Assembly: GCA_020184695.1 (NCBI GenBank)
Contig: JAANOX010000035.1
Span: 1 to 64,000 of the forward strand
Source: Histomonas meleagridis 2922-C6/04-290x
Taxonomy: Eukaryota; Protista; Parabasalia
Reading direction: 5' to 3'
Length of the DNA: 64,000 bases
Each line of letters opens with the position of its first letter. Position 1 is the first letter of the stretch. The notes under the pieces were generated by a model, which did not search any database, was not told the origin of the DNA, and saw only the letters and a program-made list of their open reading frames with translations. Shown here piece by piece: positions 9,781-18,880 of this stretch. Made by a program: the position numbers and the translations under genes.

Positions 9781-11934
9781 ATGTTTTCAAGAATTTTCGG
9801 GACAAAGCTTCCAAAACCAAATGAAGAACAAATGTCAATTAAATTGACGAGCTTTCCACTTTCAATTGATTCGGAAGTTACTGCAATAACTTTTGAGCCA
9901 AGATTTCAACTAATTGGAATGGGAACAGCAAATGGTAAATTATACGTATTGAATTCTAATAAGTACTGCTATTCTTCTGAGTCTTCAACACAATTTCCTG
10001 TTTGTAAAATTTTACCACTTCCAAATACATCATCTTTTTTTTCGGCATGCAGTCCTTGCATGATAGAAAATCATCCTTACTATCGGACAAAGGGGAAAAA
10101 TTCGCAGTTTAAAAAATATGATCCTAAAAAAGTTCCTTCAATTGTCGTTCATTGGGTTATTCGAACTGATGCAATTGAACCTAGGGCTAACAGCATAAGA
10201 TTCAATGTAAGAGACTTTGCAATTTCTCCAACAAATCCTAACTTTGCTTTAATTCTTACTGATAATGGAGCATTATACGGTTATTCCATTGAAGATCTCA
10301 AGTTCACAAATTTATATATTAATGAGTTTGAAGGTAAACCAGCAACTTCAATTTTTTCTGAGTCTTTTCTGGAATTTTATGTTTCTCATGAAAAAATTGA
10401 TTCAATTGATATTCAAACAATGTGTATGAATGACTACAGCACAGCAAAAGCATTGACTATGGATATATCAGATGGGTGTGCTGCTATTATCGATTATGAT
10501 GGTAATGCTTGTTTGATAAAAGGAAACAGAACATTACAAAAAGTGACTCCTATCGAAGGTGGTTTGACAGTTTTTTCAGGAATCATATCGAAAAAAAATT
10601 GGGTTTCAATAGTCCATACACAAGAAGGAGACAAAATTTTTTTGAAGGAAAAAGAGAAAGTTTCCTTAGGGAATGATAGCTGTTTGGTTCCTGGATGTAT
10701 AATCAGATATGGTGATTTTTATCATAGAAATGATCCAGAATTTATTTCATTTATAACAGAAAGTGGGAAACTTGTTTTCATTGATGGGCATCAAGAAGAT
10801 TGTTTTTTTACGGAGAACATTGAATTCATAAAAATTTTCGAAGATAATGATCATTTCTATATATTTTGCCAAGAAAAAATCATTGACTTCGATGGCCTTT
10901 GCTTTTGTGGTACAATGCCAAATAGCTTTGGAATTCCTTTAGCTATGAAAAATGGAAAATTACTTATTATTGATTCTGAAGCAAATTCTGTTTCAACTGT
11001 TGATATCAACACACAAGAAAAACAACAACTTCTTTCCGATGAGTTTTCTTTAATCAATCAATATAACTCAATTATTAGTTTCTGTTGTAAAGACAATATT
11101 TTAATGCACATTGACCTTACAAAGGATGAATTTGTTTGTGAAAAGAGCGAAGATGACTTTTATCCAACAGAAGACATTATTATGTGGAGAGATTATCAAG
11201 ATGCAAAGATAACAATCACACGCAAGAACAAACTAAAAATGAAAAAATCCAAAATCGAAATATGTGATCCTGAAGAGAAAATATTACTTTTTGAACCAAT
11301 TGATGAAACAGGAAAAGTGACCAAAGAGGGACCGTTTATTTTGATCGTCACAATGGAGAACGTTTATATTTTTGTAAATGAAAATAATAAATTCAAAAGA
11401 GCAAGAAAAGAATCATTTGGCGGTCGTATACTTGATGCCAGTGTTGCTGAATGGGGATCTCTTTTGTTAAGATTGGAAAATTCGGTTCAATTAATAACAT
11501 TGCCCGATCCTTCTTTTTCCCCAATATTTTGCCACAAATTCTCCGCCGAAGCCAATGCATGCTTGGTTCCACACAAGGGAGCTTTTATATTTGAAAATGG
11601 AAAAACATATGCATATCTCAGAAATAATGCAACTACATCAAAACCTATCTATGACCCAGAAGTACCACAGCTTAAGGTACCTCGTGTGAGTACAATACAG
11701 AAGCTCTTTGGGAAGAAAGATGCCAATCTTAAAGATGCTGATGAAGCTTTCCAACACAAAAGAGCTCAGCGCGAAGCAGCAAAACTCTCTGAAACCACAG
11801 AACTTATGCAACAGATTTTGGTTACAGCACAGAAAAGAGGAGAAGTTCTAAATGAAATGGAAATAAAAGCCAACAGAATACTACAGTCTGCTCAAAGATA
11901 TCAACAAATTTGCCATGAACTGGCGAAAAAGTAA
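9781..11934 (+). CDS. Tomosyn/Lgl/Sro7-like beta-propeller protein with C-terminal R-SNARE-like coil
   Basis: VTAITFEPRFQLIGMGTANGKLYV (Lgl-type first blade); C-terminal LSETTELMQQILVTAQKRGEVLNEMEIKANRILQSAQRY resembles a synaptobrevin helix with no TM anchor. Confidence 0.75.
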   Translation: MFSRIFGTKLPKPNEEQMSIKLTSFPLSIDSEVTAITFEPRFQLIGMGTANGKLYVLNSNKYCYSSESSTQFPVCKILPLPNTSSFFSACSPCMIENHPYYRTKGKNSQFKKYDPKKVPSIVVHWVIRTDAIEPRANSIRFNVRDFAISPTNPNFALILTDNGALYGYSIEDLKFTNLYINEFEGKPATSIFSESFLEFYVSHEKIDSIDIQTMCMNDYSTAKALTMDISDGCAAIIDYDGNACLIKGNRTLQKVTPIEGGLTVFSGIISKKNWVSIVHTQEGDKIFLKEKEKVSLGNDSCLVPGCIIRYGDFYHRNDPEFISFITESGKLVFIDGHQEDCFFTENIEFIKIFEDNDHFYIFCQEKIIDFDGLCFCGTMPNSFGIPLAMKNGKLLIIDSEANSVSTVDINTQEKQQLLSDEFSLINQYNSIISFCCKDNILMHIDLTKDEFVCEKSEDDFYPTEDIIMWRDYQDAKITITRKNKLKMKKSKIEICDPEEKILLFEPIDETGKVTKEGPFILIVTMENVYIFVNENNKFKRARKESFGGRILDASVAEWGSLLLRLENSVQLITLPDPSFSPIFCHKFSAEANACLVPHKGAFIFENGKTYAYLRNNATTSKPIYDPEVPQLKVPRVSTIQKLFGKKDANLKDADEAFQHKRAQREAAKLSETTELMQQILVTAQKRGEVLNEMEIKANRILQSAQRYQQICHELAKK

Positions 11935-12489
11935 TTACATACAGTAAGCATTTTCCTTGTGCACGAAAGATTACACAAATTTGTGTAAGTATTTTCAGTA
12001 GTTTATTGGTGACGATGGGAGTTTCACAAGAAAACGATAATTTTGTATTCAATTTCTTATCGTTTATCAACAGGAGTTTTGGAATTTTTTAGAGGTGTTA
12101 AGTTATCAAAGATGATAAATTTTTTGTGATAATAGACCTTACCTACTTTTGAAATGTAATAATATTAAGAAATAAATTAAACTAAATTCGAGTTTATAAA
12201 TTTTTTTTAAAGTTTTTTTTAAAATAATTATTCACTTCTTTTATCAAAAAATATTATTACTATTTGCATTATAATATGATAAATTTTATGTATTCCATAA
12301 ATCAGTATTGCTGAAATTATATTAAAAATCATGATTTTACAGTTAAGAATTAAAACGATATAGCGACAAATTATAAATTGATACCTTATCATATATTTTA
12401 TCACCTTAAGTTAAGGTCTTAACGCACTCACAAATTTAAATTTAACATCTGAATTTCAATCTCTTCCAAATTAAATAAAAAATATTCAA

Positions 12490-12563
12490 ATCTTTAGTAT
12501 TTACATCAATTCCTTCTTGTTCAACAGGTATTATTTATCAGCATCGATACTACCATTTTGAGA
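12490..12563 (-). pseudogene. Isolated remnant of one ankyrin module of the DUF3447-ANK family
   Basis: Minus strand reads SQNG...EQEGIDVNTKD; DNA GAACAAGAAGGAATTGATGT is identical to 17101-17120. Confidence 0.6.
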
Positions 12564-12675
12564 ATCATTTTTTGGTAAATTTTTTGATTCTATTCAAATC
12601 ATTGAATACTTTCTTTATTTCCAAAACTATTTTAATTTTAGATTTTTATTTATCTACACCACACAAAAAATATTT

Positions 12676-14121
12676 CTATTCTTGATAATATGGTATATCT
12701 TTAGCAGCAATTACCACAATTGAAGCATTTTCCAAGCACAATGCGATATTTTCGCCTGTTGGATCCCATTTTGCCTCATATATGCTACTTCCTGCAGCAT
12801 ATCTTGCCACCAAAGCGAAATCGGATGTTCTAATCACATTAATTAATCCGTCCACACCACCCGACACCAAATATTTACCTAAAGGCGAAAAGCAAACAGT
12901 ATAAACAGGTTGAGTATAACCTCTAAACACAGCCACACAAGTTTTATTCTCTATATTCCACAATCTCACAGTATTATCAAAAGCGCCTGAGGCCAAAATC
13001 TTCCCATTATTATTAGGGGCCCATTGTATCGTATAAACATTATTAGTATGACCGGTCAAAACTATTGGTTGACTATTACTATTAAACGGAGACCAAATCC
13101 GAATCGTTCTGTCATCAGCACATGAAGCTAATAAGTTACGTGACGGATCCCATTCGATTTTATTAACTTCGCTTGTGTGACCATACAATAAATAAAGTGG
13201 TCTTGCTTCACCTAATTTACAGATCAAGATGGTAGCGTTACCATCGCATGACGCAAAAATGGAATTGTCTCTCCAATCAACATCTAATACTCGCGAGCGA
13301 TGATGTTGGAAAAATTGTTTGACATCGCCATTTAATACATTCCATACAATAACACTTTGATCAGAACTCCCTGTTAATAATGACGTACCATCTGGAGAAA
13401 ATTCCATGGTAAATATAGCTTGGTGATGAAGATTTAAAACAAATTTGAGTTCGCCATGATTCGTCCATAAACGTGCAACCCCATCAAGGCAGGCGGTTGC
13501 TAAGATGGTGCCGCTTGGATTCCAAGATAGGGTGGTGATGTCTTTGCCATCTCGGTTTTGCTGAGTAGCATGGTCAAGGATGTAATGTGTTTTGTAGGTA
13601 TGATCACGAATTTCCCAAATTATGGCTGTTGCATCATTGCCTCCACTTGCAAATAATGTGCCATCTTTGTTCCACGAACCACAGTAGACATCAGAAAAAT
13701 GGCCTCGAAGTGTTAGAATGGAACTGTCTTGTATTATTGTGGGTTCAACTATTATTGGAACAGGCTGTTTAAGAGGCTGACGTGGTGTGGGTGGAGTAGG
13801 TGGAGTAGGTTGAGTACGTGGCTTGGGTGGGGTTTTGGGTGGAACTATTGGTTCCTCATTTCGTACTGCTTCGATTAATGATGAAACAATGTTCTCTGGT
13901 GATTGATCAAGTTTTGCTTTTTCGTTTATGCTTTTTTCAAGTTGCATGTATAACATTCCTTTTTTTAAGATAGTAACAAGAGCTTGAGGAGGTAATTGAC
14001 TAACAGGATAACTTACTCTATCAACAAGGGCTTCATTGGAAAATATATATGCTGTGTGTGGAAAACCAGTTTCTTGAAGATAACGTCGAATTAAGAAATT
14101 GATTTCATCAGAAGAAATCAT
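12676..14121 (-). CDS. TBL1: TBL1/Ebi-like LisH + WD40 co-repressor subunit
   Basis: MISSDEINFLIRRYLQETGFPHTAYIF LisH; PVSQLPPQALVTILKKGMLY; Pro-rich linker; WD40 repeats (GHFSDV, GHTSEVNKIEWDP). First ATG at 14121. Confidence 0.85.
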   Translation of the reverse strand: MISSDEINFLIRRYLQETGFPHTAYIFSNEALVDRVSYPVSQLPPQALVTILKKGMLYMQLEKSINEKAKLDQSPENIVSSLIEAVRNEEPIVPPKTPPKPRTQPTPPTPPTPRQPLKQPVPIIVEPTIIQDSSILTLRGHFSDVYCGSWNKDGTLFASGGNDATAIIWEIRDHTYKTHYILDHATQQNRDGKDITTLSWNPSGTILATACLDGVARLWTNHGELKFVLNLHHQAIFTMEFSPDGTSLLTGSSDQSVIVWNVLNGDVKQFFQHHRSRVLDVDWRDNSIFASCDGNATILICKLGEARPLYLLYGHTSEVNKIEWDPSRNLLASCADDRTIRIWSPFNSNSQPIVLTGHTNNVYTIQWAPNNNGKILASGAFDNTVRLWNIENKTCVAVFRGYTQPVYTVCFSPLGKYLVSGGVDGLINVIRTSDFALVARYAAGSSIYEAKWDPTGENIALCLENASIVVIAAKDIPYYQE

Positions 14122-14151
14122 TTGGCACTTTTTTGCCCAACCAAAAATTTT

Positions 14152-14733
14152 ATGAATCCTTTGTTTTGTATTCCTATTGAAGGCAAAGTGTCCTGTGGCA
14201 AAACTACTATGATCAAAGAAATGATAGAGTTCTTTATGACAAAAGATGATGTGCAAATTGCAGGATTTACTCAACCAGTGATTTATGAAAATGGAGAAAG
14301 AAGTTATTATAAATTGGATTTAATTACAAACCAAAAGACAATTGTTTCATATGAATTAGCTAAAAGAGTTGGATTCATCGATGGAAGGAATTGTCCTTAT
14401 GTATTCAAACAAGAAACATTTGATATTGTTCTTAAAACAGCAACAGAGGCTGTATCAAATGGAAATCCCGCGTTGATTTTTTTGGATGAAATAGGATCAA
14501 TGGAATCAAAAGAAAAGGGTCATTATCAAGCAATGTTACAATATATCAAATCGTACAAAAACTCAAAGAAATTATGCATTGTTCCAACATACATAGACAT
14601 TAGAAAAGTAGAAGTTGAAAAACTACTTCAAACTTTAAATATTACTATACCAAATATCACAATCAGTGTTCCAACTGAAAAAGATACAGAACTTCAATTC
14701 TTCCAAAAAGTTTATGAATTCATGAAAACATAG
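14152..14733 (+). CDS. NTPase_1 (THEP1/NTPCR-like) P-loop NTPase
   Basis: Walker A GKVSCGKTT, AGFTQ, Walker B IFLDEIGSME; first ATG at 14152. Confidence 0.8.
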   Translation: MNPLFCIPIEGKVSCGKTTMIKEMIEFFMTKDDVQIAGFTQPVIYENGERSYYKLDLITNQKTIVSYELAKRVGFIDGRNCPYVFKQETFDIVLKTATEAVSNGNPALIFLDEIGSMESKEKGHYQAMLQYIKSYKNSKKLCIVPTYIDIRKVEVEKLLQTLNITIPNITISVPTEKDTELQFFQKVYEFMKT

Positions 14734-15047
14734 AAAGTATATTAAAAAATATATATTAGTCCTTTTTATTTTTGATATTCGATATCATAAGTAGCAATTT
14801 CTCCATTTCTCGTTGGAATTACCGAATGAAAATGCTGTTTCTGATTTCAAAAAGTTCAAAAAAGAAATCCAAAATGAGCGCAGAAAAGGAATAAATTAAT
14901 TTCTCCAAAACATATCTTTACATAAACATTATAATATTACTCACAATTCCTCGAAAAGTTATGGCCATAACGTTAGTTTTAATGCAAATTCAAAAAATCC
15001 TTCACGAATTCTTTATCAAATCAATTATTTGTTTTTTTATATGTCTT

Positions 15048-15347
15048 CTAATATATTGGTCTTTGTGGTTGGTTGTTTGGATAAACTCCATACATTGCAT
15101 ATGGTGGTATGTATGTTTGATCATAATTTCCATATGGATTTGTATAATTTATATTTGAGCCACCCGACGTACTTTCGTTATTCATCCTTTCGGGATAGTA
15201 TTCATTACCCATTTTTTGTGATGAAGAAGAAGAAGATGATGATTTTTTTTTGTTTTGTTGGCGCTTCCTACAACAATAGAAAATGAAGCCAATTAGGAAG
15301 GTGCAGGCAAAACCGGCGAGTGGAGTAATGATTTGAGAAATTTCCAT
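15048..15347 (-). CDS. Small single-pass membrane protein with juxtamembrane YCCRKR and a Tyr/Pro-rich tail (PPY)
   Basis: N-terminal hydrophobic helix, Cys pair, poly-Ser, YIPPYAMY tail. Confidence 0.6.
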   Translation of the reverse strand: MEISQIITPLAGFACTFLIGFIFYCCRKRQQNKKKSSSSSSSSQKMGNEYYPERMNNESTSGGSNINYTNPYGNYDQTYIPPYAMYGVYPNNQPQRPIY

Positions 15348-15681
15348 TTTAATTACATTCAAAATTTAGAACCTAGAATTTTTGTTTTTGAATGGTAACC
15401 CGACCAGATATTTTCTGAATCAATTTCTCAAAAAATATCGGAAATTTAAATTTTTTTTATAGAAATATTTTGATTTCATTCGACACATCTTAATACTGGT
15501 AAAAATGAAATTTTAAAACATTGAATTCGTCAATTTTTTGTGAAGTTATTTGTTTTTCATTCTAATGTCAGTCTAATTCATTTGGATATTATAAAAACCA
15601 GCAAAACAAACCAGCTATAAAAAGTGTCGCTTTTGAATTCAAAGCGATCAAAATCAATTCAATAATCACATAGTGATTTGC

Positions 15682-17629
15682 ATGCAAATTAGCAATGAAT
15701 TTGAAAAAATTTCGTTCATTGAACGATTAATTTTTGACTTGAACAAAGAAAATGTTAACCAATCAGCTGATTATCTAATAAATAATTTTGATGATATTCA
15801 TCCGTTATCTTTTAATATGATCGTTAGTCAAATCATATACTTAACTTTTGTCATAGGAAAAAATAGTTATGATACGTATATTTTAATTTTTTTAAAAGAA
15901 ATGGATAAATTCGAAGAGAAGAAGAAAATCAATCCTAAAATTCTTGATGTATTTACAAATATTTTACTTGGTAATAGCACAAATGAATCATATTATCTCC
16001 TTTATCATATGGTTAAACATAATCTCATTGATTCAAAAATCATCAAAGATAAAGATAACTTATATTTTATAGAATATATGGAAAATGAAAAAATAAGAGA
16101 ATTTAATGATAATGTGTGGCTGAATCAAAGGATTGAGGAGCTATCAAAGAATGATTGGGAACTTCATAAGAAATTAGTTGAAGAAGGACATAATCCAAAT
16201 GAACTTGCAAAAATAATTCGAAATGATGAAATAGAAAAACTTCAAGAAATATCATCACAAACAAATTTTGATTTTAATCAAACAATTCAACTATCACTTT
16301 ATGAAAGATGTTCATTTATTAACTATTGGAATGTTACACTAATTGATTATGCAACATTTTTTGGATCTGTTAAATGTTTTAAATATTTACTTATAAATGG
16401 TGTCAAGACAAAAAACACAGGTCAATATGCAGTTGCAGGTGGAAATATTGAAATTATTCATTTGTGTGAACAAAATTATTTATTATTTGAAAATTTATGC
16501 GAAGTAGCAATTGAATATCATAGGAACGATATCTTTAAATATTTTTATGAAAATAAATTTGTTGATATAAATAATTTGGAAAAATTAGGAAAGAAATGTA
16601 TTCAGTTTCATAACTATGAACTTTTTTCGTTTTTACTAAAAGAAGGAATGAAAATTAATGACAATATTATTAATGAGTTTGCAAGAATTGGAAATATATA
16701 TCTTGTCGAACATTTTCTAAATGAGCACCAACTTCCAAAAACAATTTTAATTTATGCAGTAGAATCAGGAAATATTGAACTAGTAAAATATATTATACAA
16801 AAAGGAGTTGATATCAATGTACAAGTTGAGTATTATTATTTTTTTTCGAGATTCCAAAATAATGTTTGTGAATTATTTAAAATATTTGGTACAGCTCTTA
16901 TGATTGCATCTCAAAAAAATCTAATAGAAATAACAAAATTACTTCTTGAACAAAAAGAAATTGATATTAATGCTCAAGAAGGATTTTATTTAAGAAATTT
17001 TGGATATAATAAAAATATTTGGAAATTATTCATTATGTTTTATACAGCACTTATGTCTGCATCTATGAATGGTAACTTAGAAATTGTTCAATTACTTCTT
17101 GAACAAGAAGGAATTGATGTTAATGTAAAAGATTATGATTAATAGTTTTATTTCAATTTTGTTTTATTGTTTTGATGTTTAAATATAATATTTGGAATAT
17201 TATTTCATTATTCTTTACAGCGCTCTTTCTTGCAACTTTAAGCAATAAAAGGAACATAGTTGAATTACTTCTTAAGCATAAAGAAACTGATGTTAATGCT
17301 AAAGTAATTTGTTTGTTTAGATTGTTGTTTATTTTAATGATTTAATATTTTGATATTATATTTGGAAATTTTATGAATCATTTAAAACAGCACTCATGGA
17401 AGCATCTGAATATGGTTATACAGAAATAGTTAAATTACTTCTTAATCATGAAAAAATTAATATCAATGACACTGATTTTTATTTTATTTTATATGATCTT
17501 TGTTAATAAATTTTGAAATTTATATAATACAAATGAAAATTATTTTCATTATTTAATACAGCACTTACTTTATCAACGGAAAATGGACACACTGAAATAG
17601 CTGAATTAATTCGTTCTAAATTACATTAG
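15682..17629 (+). CDS. DUF3447-type ankyrin repeat gene with five spacer-interrupted C-terminal ANK modules
   Basis: IIRNDEIEKLQ...YERC...LIDYATFFGSVKCFKYLL...AVAGGNIEIIHLCEQ core. TALx modules start at 16891, 17044, 17217, 17387 and 17558; the last ends ...AELIRSKLH with TAG at 17627-17629, beyond the ORF-track stop at 17142. Confidence 0.85.
16825..17629 (+). repeat. Array of 87-nt ankyrin modules alternating with 66/66/86/83/84-nt AT-rich spacers
   Basis: Spacers at 16825-16890, 16978-17043, 17131-17216, 17304-17386, 17474-17557, counted directly. Confidence 0.9.
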
Positions 17630-17783
17630 TTTAATAATGAAAAATTTAATACATAAATCACTTTGTCGAATGATTAATTGCAACTTGTAAAGTAAACAAT
17701 TGAATGTAATAAGGACATTTGATTTGAAAAATATTGGGAATTGTGAAGTGACATTTTGTTTAGAAAACGGCTCAAATTTTATA

Positions 17784-18278
17784 ATGGAGCAGCCATCTTT
17801 GTTGTCACACCTTATTGTTACCGAAATGATTCGAGAATTATCAAAAAAGTATGAAAATTTTCATAACAAAAGGGAAATAGTTGAACAGAATATTTATTTA
17901 TTTGGGAAAAAGCCTGGATTTGCAATGACATCGCAACTGATTCGTAAAAATAATTCAGACAAGCGTGGCATTCATGAAGTTGCAGAATTTATGGCAAAAA
18001 CATTAACACCTGCTATTTTTGGAATACCATCAATTACTGCAGGGTTTAAAATCAACGAAAATCGATTATCCATAGGATTTCAGCACAAAATACCAAAGCC
18101 ATTTTCTTTTTTTACCAATTTTCAAGTTGATGAAAAAGAAGCATTTTATTATTATTGCTATTGTTGGTTCTTTTGCGGCGTTTACGAAGGCTCACTTCTA
18201 CACTTTGGGTATAAGTCAGTACCAAGGATAGAGAAAGCTGAAAATGAAAAACTTATTTTTGTATTTGAATTCAAATAA
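17784..18278 (+). CDS. TRAPP Bet3-family subunit (Trs33/TRAPPC6-like)
   Basis: LSHLIVTEMI...IYLFGKKPGF...EVAEFMAKTLTPAIFG...FFCGVYEGSLLHFGY; first ATG at 17784. Confidence 0.7.
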   Translation: MEQPSLLSHLIVTEMIRELSKKYENFHNKREIVEQNIYLFGKKPGFAMTSQLIRKNNSDKRGIHEVAEFMAKTLTPAIFGIPSITAGFKINENRLSIGFQHKIPKPFSFFTNFQVDEKEAFYYYCYCWFFCGVYEGSLLHFGYKSVPRIEKAENEKLIFVFEFK

Positions 18279-18880
18279 AGTTATAATATTTTTTGCTGAA
18301 TTATTTGTTTTACTTTCATAAAGTGCTATTTTATTTACTTGTTTATAAAATTTTTTTTTCCAAAAATTCATTCATCAGCCGATACGGAATTGAATAAAAA
18401 ACGATCAAATCATATTTAATATCTTCTCAAAAAACTTCTATTTCTTCATAACTTCTCGACCTCTAATGAAATTCTCTCGATTAGTGTGATAGCAATATTG
18501 GAATCATCATAAATTTCTCTTTGAAGTGGATGTCTAATTCGCTCATTAAACAAATTTCAAATCTATGGTTGGCTAGACCCAGATATGCATGAACACAACG
18601 AAGACTTTTTGGTAATATAAATAAACACATACACAGAGAGAGTTCAATGCTTCCTGAGTGTCAATGAGCTATTGCTGTATTCAATTTTGAATGATCGAAA
18701 GTGTAAACTTCATAATTTATAAATACTTTATAAGTCGAATTTATAAAGTGTGCACATGAATTCTAATGAAATAACGTGAATCAAAAAACGCAACAAAATA
18801 AAACAAAAAACAAAATAATACAAAGTATATTTTCTATATAAAGAATACGATCACTGAGCTTTTGGTTCCGAGACTTATCA

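Noticed and set aside
16823-16831. AGTTGAGT at spacer 1 complementary to ACTTAACT near the candidate RNA
   Set aside because: It fits only one of seven spacers, so it is likely chance; not used as evidence.
17304-17390. Canonical GT-AG intron GTAATT...ACAG
   Set aside because: Splicing gives AAA|CAC TCA TGG, out of frame; there is no ACTAAC branch motif, and the homologous spacers lack GT at this position.
16825-17629. CRISPR-like array
   Set aside because: The repeats are protein-coding ankyrin modules with synonymous variation, the spacers resemble each other, the context is eukaryotic and there are no cas genes.
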